Positions 18,631 through 29,242 of a stretch of 64,000 nucleotides of DNA are shown here, piece after piece (position 1 is the stretch's first letter; each line of letters opens with the position of its first letter). Position numbers and translations under genes: made by a program. The stretch comes from a virus. The notes beneath the pieces were generated by a model, which worked only from the letters and a program-made list of their open reading frames with translations, did not search any database and was not told where the DNA came from. Location: IMG/VR virus record IMGVR_UViG_3300028920_000038, positions 1 through 64,000 of that record; one strand, given 5' to 3'.

Positions 18631-19520
18631 ATATAAAAACATATAAATATAAATCATTTATATATAAGTGATTTTAATTAAACCATAAAAATAATTGTGA
18701 ATTATATAAAAACCACTTTAATAATGTGCAATTCTATAAAAATAGCCCTATAAAACACTAATATAATAGTGAAAAATATAAAAACCCTGAAATAAAATAC
18801 TAATATAGGGGGTAATTCTATAAAAATGGATGAATATTAAGTGCCGTTAATCAATTAACACTACTTAATATAGGGGATTTATATAAAAATACCAGCATTT
18901 TTTACTCAACAGGAGAAGATATATATAAAAATATATATAAGCTATCTACGTGAAAGATATATAATTATATATATAAATTAGGGGTTTGTGAAATTAATAT
19001 GGACATTAATATATATTATGAACGCATATATAAATACAAAATGGAATCCTAATAATCTGAATTAAATGGTCGCATTAATATATAAAAAGCAAAATGGTTT
19101 CATATATTTCTGAATTAAGTTTATAAGGAGAAGGTATTAAGACCACCCACCTTATAAAATTGCTCAATTTTTACGCATAGTAACTAATTTTCAGGGCATT
19201 TTTAAGCATAGTAACTAGGTAATTTAAAACGAAGGGTATAGGTAAGGGGTAGTATAATTTAGGGCTATTTGATAACATATTCATAAAGGAATTATATATG
19301 ATTAGCTACTCATTTTTGGGTAGATAATTAAGTAACAGATGAGATATACATATATGACTTAATATATTTAATATAAATTTACTATAATATTTCCTAAATA
19401 TTCCCTATATATTTTACTATATATATTTTAATATACATCCTTAATTCTTAACACATTACCTATCCTATATACTATACACCCTACATATAGAATAATCCCC
19501 ACACCTTAACACCACCCTTT
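18630..19520. other. Very AT-rich non-coding tract with recurrent TATAAAA boxes
   Basis: No ORFs; repeated (c/t)TATAAAA(A); abuts repeat block 3. Confidence 0.7.
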
Positions 19521-19787
19521 TATTTTATAAGACAACACATAGGGGAAAATGTTTTCTCCTCGGGTTTTTTATATTATAAATACCACTAGATTCATTATAA
19601 TTTGATAACGTAATAACGGATGATTTTTCCTTTATCTTATCAGGCATATATACCCTCATCGACAGGTTTAAGTACCACCTCCAACAATAAGGGGATGTCG
19701 GTAACGAAAAAGTTGCTGACAGGAGATATAATATGAACAGCAAAAAGAAAACCCAAGATATAAAGGCAGGTGTCGAACAGATAGTGT

Positions 19788-20021
19788 ATGAACAACAATA
19801 TAAAACCCCTAGAAATGGGTGGATTAGTTAAGGAGATAGATATTATGAAAGAGCATATAGATATACTTATCGAAGATGTAGATAAGTTGAGGCAGTTGAT
19901 TCATAATAATAAAAAAGCCCTTGAAAATATGAGTGAAGGTAATCTCTCATTTATAACACTAGCTATGAATAGATTAGTGGAAATAATTGAGGAGATTATT
20001 AATATTAATAAAGAGGTGTAG
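19788..20021 (+). CDS. Hypothetical coiled-coil protein
   Basis: ORF track; first gene of the rightward block. Confidence 0.6.
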   Translation: MNNNIKPLEMGGLVKEIDIMKEHIDILIEDVDKLRQLIHNNKKALENMSEGNLSFITLAMNRLVEIIEEIININKEV

Positions 20022-20023
20022 AT

Positions 20024-21256
20024 ATGATAGAAAAAGACAAAATGACCAGCATTATAGATGAGGCAATAGAAAAAGCACTGGATAAGGTGAGTAAAATACC
20101 AGAGGCAGAACGCAGTACAGTATTATCACCTGAAAAGCTCAAGCAATATGAGAACAGCAAAAAAGAAATGAGCTACGAGTATTATAATAAGGTACAATTA
20201 AAGAAAGGTGGTATAGATAAAAAAACTGGTGAACAGAAATATACTTTTACTGGGGTTACTGAAACACCAGAAGAAAAGAGACCTATGAAAAGAATTAAAA
20301 GCCCTAAACCTTCTGATGAAAAGAAATCAGTAGATAAAAAGCTGAATAAATTACAGTATGAATTAAAGCACAACCCAATCTCCCGAACAGAACAGGTTAT
20401 AAATGATATACCTAAATCATTGGATGAATATAGTGCATCACAGAAATTAAATATATATAAATATAATACATCCTATGGTAAAGAAAGGGAGAAGGTTATA
20501 GGTAATACTTCAATCGTCAGGTCTATTGAAAAAATAGCATCAAAGAATTTCGGTAGCATTGGGGATTACGATATAGATACAATTCCTAGGTCTTTAATAA
20601 GATGTAAAGGCACAGAGGTTACTTATATTACAGATGTCCACAAGATGAATAAAAATAAACAGTTAGTTAGCAGGAGATTCTGTTCTAAAGTATTATCTAC
20701 TTGGTGTTGGGCTATGGGTATAAAATATATTCCTTCTGATAGACATATAAATGGAATAGAATTATGGGGAATTAAAATACCTGGTATTAAAGAGGTCTTA
20801 ATTAATCCAACAGATTGTGGCTATATGATTAAGGATTTAATATTCCTGATGCGAAATAAAAGCTCAAGTATAGATGACCTGTTAGATGAATTAAGAAAGG
20901 GAAATATATCTCATCAATTATATGATGTTATAATGCACAAGAGATATACAAAACAAACAACTGTTATTAATATAGTCAATGATATTAAAGTAAAAATATC
21001 TTATCTATATAATTACAGTACATCTGATGTAGCTTGGGATTATACTAAATGGAATCCAGAATATCTGATTAAAATTCTGGACAGGTTACATTCAGGAGAA
21101 TACTTTACAGATATATTAGTACCTGCTATTATAGACCTCTGGAAATATCCTATTAAGTGTACTGATACAGGTTTAAAACAAATGACAGATGAAGAACATC
21201 AGAAGAATACAGATGATTACGATATTACCCAGTATGTATGGGAGAGAGAACAATAA
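20024..21256 (+). CDS. Hypothetical protein (410 aa)
   Basis: GAGGTG SD; no recognisable motif. Confidence 0.8.
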   Translation: MIEKDKMTSIIDEAIEKALDKVSKIPEAERSTVLSPEKLKQYENSKKEMSYEYYNKVQLKKGGIDKKTGEQKYTFTGVTETPEEKRPMKRIKSPKPSDEKKSVDKKLNKLQYELKHNPISRTEQVINDIPKSLDEYSASQKLNIYKYNTSYGKEREKVIGNTSIVRSIEKIASKNFGSIGDYDIDTIPRSLIRCKGTEVTYITDVHKMNKNKQLVSRRFCSKVLSTWCWAMGIKYIPSDRHINGIELWGIKIPGIKEVLINPTDCGYMIKDLIFLMRNKSSSIDDLLDELRKGNISHQLYDVIMHKRYTKQTTVINIVNDIKVKISYLYNYSTSDVAWDYTKWNPEYLIKILDRLHSGEYFTDILVPAIIDLWKYPIKCTDTGLKQMTDEEHQKNTDDYDITQYVWEREQ

Positions 21257-23347
21257 TGAAAACAAGAAAGCAGATGATAAAGACCATATCAACCGACCTT
21301 GATTATTTATGGGATAAATTACCTATTAAGAGAAAGATGTTTTACTATAATAGGTTAGATAAATTATCGAGGTCTATTGATAGTGATGTAAGGAAATATT
21401 CTTAATCCTTACATTTCTCTTTTTTTTTTATTAACTGTATAATAACCAGCATTATACTTACTTTCATTATACCTTTTTTTATATTATCCTGCTAAATATC
21501 CAGAATAAATGCCTGATTATAATATGGATTGCATATAAATGTAAGCAGGAATCGAAAAGTTTAAGTAGTAGTTTCTGACGTTTCTCCGAGAAACTGACCA
21601 CAAACTATTTAAACTTTTGCGACTGACTTTTCGATAGGGGTTGAGAACAAGTACCTCTACAATGTTCGACATTAAGTATTGCTGTATTCCTCTTATTAAG
21701 TATTCAGAATTGTAAGAGGCAATTCTGTCTAAATTTAATAGGAGGTTAATTAGTATTTTACTTATTGTTAATATTAAAACATATACTTGTTTGGAAAAAA
21801 TTACCTTACCCAATCATAGGACAGGTAGATTTTGTTGAGGTTTTACACCTTTGAGTTTAGGTAATTCTCATTAATCACAAACCCTTACAGTAATCTCGAG
21901 TGAAATGCAAGAGATAACTGTTGATATAACAATTGATATACGCAGGAAGATATTCATAGATTTTTTAGATTACGATTCAGTAATCCTATATCTTCCTGCT
22001 CTACATTTTTCTTATACGCTATCTACTAATTACTGTCGAGTAGAAATAAAAAATATAATAGGGTGTGGCGTAATCCTAGGCAGGTTTTAAATATATCTTA
22101 TCACAGTCGGATATATTTTTTTCAGGGTTCAATTCCCTAAAAGGATTTAAAAATCCTTCACCCTATTTTTGCCTTTATGAAAATAATACTAGACCTAGAT
22201 AAAAATAAAGAAGAACATCAGAAGAAAGCTATGGATATATACCACAAGAAATTAGCAAGAGAAAAAAAGCCACATATTTATAATGGAAAAATCTATCCAT
22301 AAAAGATGAATAAAAAAAAAAGGAGGATATTAAGAATGTCTTTATCATATTGTGGACATCCACATATTGTAATGGATGAAGAAGGTAAACATTTTTGTAT
22401 CATTTGTGGAATGAGAATTAAAATAGAAGAAATAGATGAAGATTAGGAGGAGATATGTGCAACACTATATTCCCGTCTCTCTGGTCATTAATATGGAATG
22501 ACATAAAAAGGAAGTTAAAAAAATGATAATAAAAATTAGGGTATCTATACACACATTTATATATGGGATACTATCAGCATTATTATTTTTATTTACATAT
22601 CTAGCTGATTTACCAAACACTCTTTCTGATAAAGTAAAAGCAGTATATGTAATAATAATGTTTATAACAATGCTATCATTCTGGATTGGATTAATGTGTG
22701 ATAATGAAAAATCGGATTAGGAGAAATTAAAATGAAAAACTTAACACCTGAAGAAAAGGAACTAATTGAACAGCACTTAAAAAAGCTAAGAAGAATGTGA
22801 ACATTATGACCTGTGATGTATATAATAAGGTACACAAGATATTAATGAAATGGGATAAGAAAATGTTGGTAGATATTATCGCAGATGAAATGTCTTGTTG
22901 TGAATTGGAACAATTCTTAAAAGATAATCCATATGGTGAGTAAAATATGATACCAACAAAATGGATAGAGCTATATCGGAAAAGAATTAAAGAGGCAAGA
23001 ACAGATGAGGAATTGGATAGAATAATATCTGACATTTATAATGACGGAATAGATGATGTCGATAGTTATTATGAAGAAAAAGGAGAGCCAATTCCTTGGG
23101 AAGATTTAGACTAGGTAATAATATGTACATAGTAAAGTATGGTGGAGATGACATATTCGAGGGTAATATTACAGAGTGTCTACTCTACATAGAAAGTAAT
23201 CTTTCAGATATGAATGAAGGAGAATTTGTTACTATAACCATAGAGTGTGTGTGAGTAATATGAACAGTGAAGATATAGAAGAAGAAAATCTTCCTCTTAT
23301 ATTAGGAATATTTGTGATAATAGAATCCATATTAGCACTCGCAGTTT

Positions 23348-23767
23348 TTGTATTTTAAAATGGAGGATATTATGAAAGAAAAATATTGTGAATCAAAAAT
23401 GTTAGAGCAACTTACTAAAGAGGTAGAGAAAAATCTACCAAAAAATTATGAATTAAGTTACGGACATAGGGTAATTAAATACCTTGAAACTTATGATATA
23501 CAAGAGCCAGATACAGCAGGATATTTTTATGACGCATTTAAATATGAAACTTCTTATAAGGTATCTCGTATAAAGGTAGACGGAATTATAATTAAAAAAG
23601 AAACAGTAGTTAAATGTATCTTTAGAGAAAACTATGAATGGGTTTGTGATATTTTTGAACATGAATTATTATTATATGATATATCTCTTTATAGCATAAT
23701 CAAAAAGGCAATTCTAAAAATTGAAAAGAAATTTGATACAGAAATCACATTAACTAAATGTTGGTAA
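23348..23767 (+). CDS. Hypothetical protein (start probably 23372)
   Basis: GGAGG SD before the internal ATG. Confidence 0.65.
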   Translation: MYFKMEDIMKEKYCESKMLEQLTKEVEKNLPKNYELSYGHRVIKYLETYDIQEPDTAGYFYDAFKYETSYKVSRIKVDGIIIKKETVVKCIFRENYEWVCDIFEHELLLYDISLYSIIKKAILKIEKKFDTEITLTKCW

Positions 23768-23832
23768 AAAAAAAACGTCATAGGGTTTTATAGTTTCCCT
23801 TAAAAAAACGAACTGAAAAAGGAGAAGTTGAT

Positions 23833-24015
23833 ATGGCTGATATCAAGAAATTGAGGACATCCAAAAATGGTAACGATATCTATGCTCTACCTGTCGGCAC
23901 AGTTGAGGGTACAAAAACTACCTTCAAAAGTGGTAACAAAGGATATAGAATGTTCGGTAGAGTTATCATTGACGGAAGTCAATTCCAATTAACAGGACAA
24001 CTTACATCACTTTAA
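23833..24015 (+). CDS. Small beta-rich hypothetical protein
   Basis: AAAGGAG SD; TFKSGNKGYRMFGRVIIDGSQFQL. Confidence 0.7.
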   Translation: MADIKKLRTSKNGNDIYALPVGTVEGTKTTFKSGNKGYRMFGRVIIDGSQFQLTGQLTSL

Positions 24016-25214
24016 AATTGTTCTGTATGGAAACAGGCAGGTGTAGTTCTATTAGGGAATCAAAAAACTAATAGGGCATATTATTAGAAAAGTAATGTGT
24101 CCTATGTTTTACCCAAACTCATCATTAAATAAAATGTCTAGGTATATATTACCTGGCGATCAAAAAAAGGAGGAATGGAATGATGAAAATAATTGTAAAT
24201 GTAGAGAGCCAAAGTGCATTATCTACTGCACAAGATATTGAAAAACTTTCTGGTGTTAAGGGAATTAAATTAACTTATGACACTAGAGAAAAAACAATCC
24301 TAAAGAGAAACTAAAATGATACCAGATAAGAACATAAAGGTCGAGAGGATTATTGAAGATAAGTTAAGGAAGTTTTATGATATACCTCTCAAGAAACAGA
24401 TTAAAATTCAAAAAGATAAACAGGGATTCTATAAGATTAAAAACCACAAAAGCCTAAAGGTAAAAAGGTTTTATAAATATACTGTTAAAACTGATACCTT
24501 AATTGGGTGTGATGAGAAATTCTAGGAAATTATTATGAACGAAGATGAATATGAACAAGCTCTCGATGAGGCATTAAAAGATATTGAAGAAGATGATATA
24601 GAATTGCCTCGGCATACTGTTTCTGAAATATTAGAAAAAGAAGGGTGGAAACAGAATAATTACTGGGAGCCTGATGAAGGCGTATATTTCGGCACATTTA
24701 TAAACTTTAATCTAGACGCAATAATTGTAATAGTACCAGAGGAAAATAAAAATGAGTGAAACTATTTTAGGAAAACTAACCATATTATTAAGAGCAAATG
24801 GTTGGAAGAAATTAAATGGGATATACTCTAAAGACAATATGACAAAGATTCAATATACAAAGGGTAAAAAAATTCTGCATATAATTCTAGATGAAACTCA
24901 AGTATAAAATATAGGAGGGAATTGTATGTCAAAGAAAAATCATAAAAAGAAATGCCCAGATTGTGGTACAGATTATGTACCAGAAGAAAGGGAATGTGAA
25001 ATCTGTGGAAGACAACTTTGAATATTATTATACTAAACATGATATGGTTGGAGATATAGTATTCAAAAGAAAAAGGGGTAGTAAATACATGAGAATTTAT
25101 TATATTGAATATCCCTTACACGATTTAGTAAAAGAAACAGATTACACATTTGAAGTTTGGAAACTAACATTAACGCAAATAAAAAAGAAGGATATACTTG
25201 CTTATATTTTATAG

Positions 25215-25544
25215 GTGAATAGTATGTTCAAGAGGATTAGGAGAGTAGATTGCAGTAAGGTACAACCACTAAAGAAAAAGTATTATCCTGATATGAGTGT
25301 TGGAGGTATGTATTACATATTGCCTCTTATCAATTCTTATATATGTGTACGTTGTACTAAATCAGGACATCAGTGGATTAAAAAGAACAAAGTAAATATG
25401 GAGAAATTAGTAGCTAGTATTATATCTCACGAAACTTTACATAAAGTTTTGCATAAAACTATATCAGAAAAAGCAAGTTCCTATTTAGATAATATAGTAG
25501 ATTATAATAAACCAATATGGTCAGGTGGAATAAACAAATGGTAG
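25215..25544 (+). CDS. Hypothetical protein with HExxH motif
   Basis: IISHETLHKVLH; AGGTGA SD. True ATG start is probably a few codons downstream. Confidence 0.55.
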   Translation: MNSMFKRIRRVDCSKVQPLKKKYYPDMSVGGMYYILPLINSYICVRCTKSGHQWIKKNKVNMEKLVASIISHETLHKVLHKTISEKASSYLDNIVDYNKPIWSGGINKW

Positions 25545-25665
25545 AAGAAGAAAGTGGATTATACGAAAAGATAGGTAGACTACAATTCATTATATATTAT
25601 TCTAAAATGTATGAAGAAAAAGGTGATATGCCTTCTATACAGTTAGATGAAAAAAAGGGATTGAT

Positions 25666-25926
25666 ATGAAATGTGTTTCTAGCTTAAGTGAAATTAAAGC
25701 AGGTATGTTTTTAGAATTTTCTACAATTCATTTTAAGTCTTGGTCAATTAAAGATTCATTTTATATAGTAAAGGTGCTATGGGTTAAGCCTGAAAAGAAT
25801 ACTATGTACGCTAAATTATATAAACCAGAAAGTAGAAAAGGAGATAGAAGCTATTTCTTTATTTATAATCCGATTCCTATTCAAATTCTCAAAAGAGATG
25901 ATGTTATTATAGAGCATTTACTATGA
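25666..25926 (+). CDS. Small SH3-like protein with shared C-terminal motif
   Basis: IKAGMFL...; ends KRDDVIIEHLL*. Confidence 0.65.
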   Translation: MKCVSSLSEIKAGMFLEFSTIHFKSWSIKDSFYIVKVLWVKPEKNTMYAKLYKPESRKGDRSYFFIYNPIPIQILKRDDVIIEHLL

Positions 25927-26097
25927 AAAAAGAAGAAGAATTATTAATAGAGATTAACCAGAATTTAAAAAAGAACATCCAATTATTAGAAAAATATCTC
26001 GAAGCTATGGAAGAATTAAGAAATCTAAAAGTTGGGGATATTATATTGGATACATTAAATGCAATCAGATTACTCGAACAGTATCTGGAGAAACAGA

Positions 26098-26343
26098 ATG
26101 ATAAAGAAAAGATATAAAGTTGGAGATAAATTTGTTTATACAAATCCCCTTCATCTAGTAGTGGGTATCATAACCGAGGTAGAATATCTAGATGAAGGAG
26201 GAGGATATATTTATTTTGAATCTATATACGCCTCAAGTCATCCAAGTGGTAGAGCATATACGGATAGGTTTGAAGTGGATAGTCCTATGTATAAACATTC
26301 TTATATACTTACTGAAGATGAATACCGAATGATGGTACTTTAA
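26098..26343 (+). CDS. Small SH3-like protein with shared C-terminal motif
   Basis: YKVGDKF...; ends TEDEYRMMVL*; start trimmed from the track ORF. Confidence 0.65.
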   Translation: MIKKRYKVGDKFVYTNPLHLVVGIITEVEYLDEGGGYIYFESIYASSHPSGRAYTDRFEVDSPMYKHSYILTEDEYRMMVL

Positions 26344-26481
26344 AGGAGGTGAAGTTATGAAAGCCAAGATAGATAAAAAGATTTGTAAGCATTGTGATTT
26401 TTCTGATAAGGGAAATCAAAATATATGTGTATCAAAAATACTAGGTGGGAATTGTAGATTTGATAAGTAGAGGAGATTCTA

Positions 26482-26706
26482 ATGATTAGAATTATGAGAG
26501 GAAAAATCTACAAATTTAGAGTGAATTGTAAATCACCAGCTAGTAAATTTAAAAAGGGAGAATTATTAAAGATAATTACAATAAATGAATCTTATGTATA
26601 TGGAATAGTAGTTGATAGAAACCAATCATTTTATATTAAAAAGAAATACTTTGATGAGTTTGTGCAACACGCTACAAGAGATGAAAAAATAATAGCAAAA
26701 TTATGA
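26482..26706 (+). CDS. Small SH3-like protein with shared C-terminal motif
   Basis: FKKGELL...; ends TRDEKIIAKL*. Confidence 0.65.
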   Translation: MIRIMRGKIYKFRVNCKSPASKFKKGELLKIITINESYVYGIVVDRNQSFYIKKKYFDEFVQHATRDEKIIAKL

Positions 26707-26874
26707 GGAAATATAAATGGTAAAAACTGGAGATATATTAAAAGTAAAAGGTAAGAATGTTACCGTTAAAGGAATATACGAATCTCTTGATAAGAGATTT
26801 ATAATAGAGTGTGAAACAAAATCCAAAAAGAAAGTAACTCTTATCGAAGGCGATGATGAGTATGAGGATTAAAA

Positions 26875-27465
26875 ATGATAAAAAAATATTTTGATTTTTC
26901 AATTAGATATTCACCAACAATAGAGGGGTGTGAAAGTTTAGCATTTTTTAGAAGTTGGGATGGAGATGTATATTATTATGAATTTATAGATAAGGAGAGA
27001 ATGAGGGTTTATACCAATAGAGATTTTGTGGGTAGAATAATTGAAAGAAAAGATTTGAAAAGTTTGAAATATTATATACGCAAAGTTTGGAATAAAAAGA
27101 TAACGAGATACAAGCCAAAGAAAAATTCTGTTCTTGAAATTTTAAGACCATATGCTATTCACAAATTACCAATCGCTATGGAGAGTTCAAGAGTATTAGG
27201 TTACTCTCATCCTAGAGAATGTTTAGCTTATACTAAAACCCCTAATTCAATTGTGATGTTTTTTAGAAAGAGAGGAGGAATACTTGCTTATCATATAGGA
27301 GCAACTTGGTATTCAAGTATGTTTGAAGGGTGGAGATGCTATCAATTAACTCTATCAGAAGGATTAAAAATACTCAAAGAATTTGAGGAATTTGATATTC
27401 CAATTTATCTACCAGAGAAAGTTGAATATGAAATACAATCAAAAATATTTATGGAAAATCTATAG
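26875..27465 (+). CDS. Hypothetical protein
   Basis: ORF track; ends SKIFMENL*. Confidence 0.7.
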   Translation: MIKKYFDFSIRYSPTIEGCESLAFFRSWDGDVYYYEFIDKERMRVYTNRDFVGRIIERKDLKSLKYYIRKVWNKKITRYKPKKNSVLEILRPYAIHKLPIAMESSRVLGYSHPRECLAYTKTPNSIVMFFRKRGGILAYHIGATWYSSMFEGWRCYQLTLSEGLKILKEFEEFDIPIYLPEKVEYEIQSKIFMENL

Positions 27466-27481
27466 GAGGAAATGAAGAAGT

Positions 27482-28612
27482 ATGGCTGTATTAGAAGTAG
27501 ACCATAAAGAGCTAGAGCAGTTTATTGAACTGCACTACGAGAATCACCTGTCCTTATTTATATGGGGAACAACAGGTATAGGAAAATCTGAAACAACAGA
27601 TAGAAAGGCTGAAGAATTAGCAGAAAAATATGATAGGAAATATGTACGGTGGAATGAACTAACTGAAACACAGAAGAAAGATTTGGAAGCTAATCCAGAA
27701 AAGTATTTTGTGTTTATGGATATACGTTTATCTCAAATGGACCCAAGTGATTTAAGAGGTATTCCTGCCTTAAATGGAAAGAGTACAGTTGAATGGAAAA
27801 AACCATTCTGGCTTTACGTAGCATCACTTGAGAAAATGAGAGGTGTAATATTCTTTGATGAAATTAATCTAGCACCTCCAAGTATTCAAGCATCTGCTTA
27901 TCAGTTGATTCACGACAGAGCATTAGACACTTTAAAATTATCTGATGGTATGGGAGTAATAGCTGCAGGAAATAGAGCAGAAGATAAAGCACAAGTTTAT
28001 GATTTATCAAAGCCTCTACAGAATAGGTTTGACCACGTTACATTAGCAATTCCTAGGTATGAGGATTGGACAGATTGGGCATTATCACACGGTGTTGATA
28101 CTCGGATTATTGCTTTTATAAATACTCGACCAACTCTGCTTATGGGAAAACTAGACGGTAACAAACATGATATGGCTTTTCCAACACCAAGAACTTGGGG
28201 AAAGAATTGTAGCAGATTGATAAAAGGAGTTAAAGATTTGAATGTACTAGAATCTCTTTCAGCTTCTGCTGTTGGTCTAGGTGCAGCATTAGAGTTTGCA
28301 TCATTCCTAAAGTTTGAGAGGAAAATTAATTTGCAGGATATTCTTAAACATCCAGAATCCTCAAAAGATATTACAGAATTGGATATGCAATACTGCTTAA
28401 TATCTTTGCTAACTGAATGGTATGGACAACATCACAAGAAAGAAGACTTGGCTAAAGTGTTAGAAGTATCTAATCATATTCAACCTGAATTAGCAATCCA
28501 GTTATTAAGATTTGTTAAGGGTAGACATCCAACATCATTCCGTAGAGATGCACCTAAATTACCAATCTGGAAAACTATCTGGGATAAATATGGGAAATAC
28601 TTTGAAGTCTAA
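27482..28612 (+). CDS. MoxR-like AAA+ ATPase
   Basis: Walker A GTTGIGKS, Walker B IFFDEIN, IAAGNR, NRF, PTPRTW. Confidence 0.9.
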   Translation: MAVLEVDHKELEQFIELHYENHLSLFIWGTTGIGKSETTDRKAEELAEKYDRKYVRWNELTETQKKDLEANPEKYFVFMDIRLSQMDPSDLRGIPALNGKSTVEWKKPFWLYVASLEKMRGVIFFDEINLAPPSIQASAYQLIHDRALDTLKLSDGMGVIAAGNRAEDKAQVYDLSKPLQNRFDHVTLAIPRYEDWTDWALSHGVDTRIIAFINTRPTLLMGKLDGNKHDMAFPTPRTWGKNCSRLIKGVKDLNVLESLSASAVGLGAALEFASFLKFERKINLQDILKHPESSKDITELDMQYCLISLLTEWYGQHHKKEDLAKVLEVSNHIQPELAIQLLRFVKGRHPTSFRRDAPKLPIWKTIWDKYGKYFEV

Positions 28613-28931
28613 ATCTAGAAAGGTTGTTAAATACTTTGGAAAAAGAAGTTGTGAAATTATAGATATAGATACAAGTAAGTCCATAATTTATTTCATGTGG
28701 TCAGTTCCAGATACTTTAGTGGGAATGTGGATAGTGAATAAAAATGTAATGTTATGTTATGATACTAGACATAATACTTATTACATAATTAAACGAAATG
28801 TAGAACACTATCTTGATTCTGATAAAGGTGAAGATTCAGAAAAACATACTTGGGAATATTGGTGGGATGAAACAGATAGTTTAGAATACATTGAATTATT
28901 AAAACCATATGTAAGAAGTGAATATCTATGA
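28590..28931 (+). CDS. Hypothetical protein
   Basis: Track ORF trimmed to the ATG at 28590. Confidence 0.55.
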   Translation: MGNTLKSKSRKVVKYFGKRSCEIIDIDTSKSIIYFMWSVPDTLVGMWIVNKNVMLCYDTRHNTYYIIKRNVEHYLDSDKGEDSEKHTWEYWWDETDSLEYIELLKPYVRSEYL

Positions 28932-29242
28932 AAAAAGAAGTAGTAGTTTGTGATGTGTGTGAACGAGGAATAGCAACTACCAAATGTCCTATATGTGGAA
29001 AGGATGTTTGTCCAGAATGTTCTGAATTATTAAAGTTTTATTCGTATCAAGAATATGGAGGAACTTCTTTGAAAGTATCTACAACTAAATCATTATTACA
29101 TAAGTTTAATCAAAGCACTTGGATGTGTAAAGATTGTGCAAAGGTTTTAGATAAATTCATAGAACTAGATGTTCCCAGTGAAGAATTTCTAATTGAACTA
29201 CTAAAATTTTTAAAGGAAAGAATAAGAATTGAAATATTATAA
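28928..29242 (+). CDS. Zn-finger protein
   Basis: CDVC, CPIC..DVCPEC, CKDC; ends ERIRIEIL*. Confidence 0.7.
   Translation: MKKEVVVCDVCERGIATTKCPICGKDVCPECSELLKFYSYQEYGGTSLKVSTTKSLLHKFNQSTWMCKDCAKVLDKFIELDVPSEEFLIELLKFLKERIRIEIL

Noticed and set aside
22124-22138. tRNA gene (GGTTCAATTCC T-loop-like motif)
   Set aside because: No acceptor stem, D-arm or anticodon arm can be built from the flanks; no tRNA was recognised anywhere in the window.
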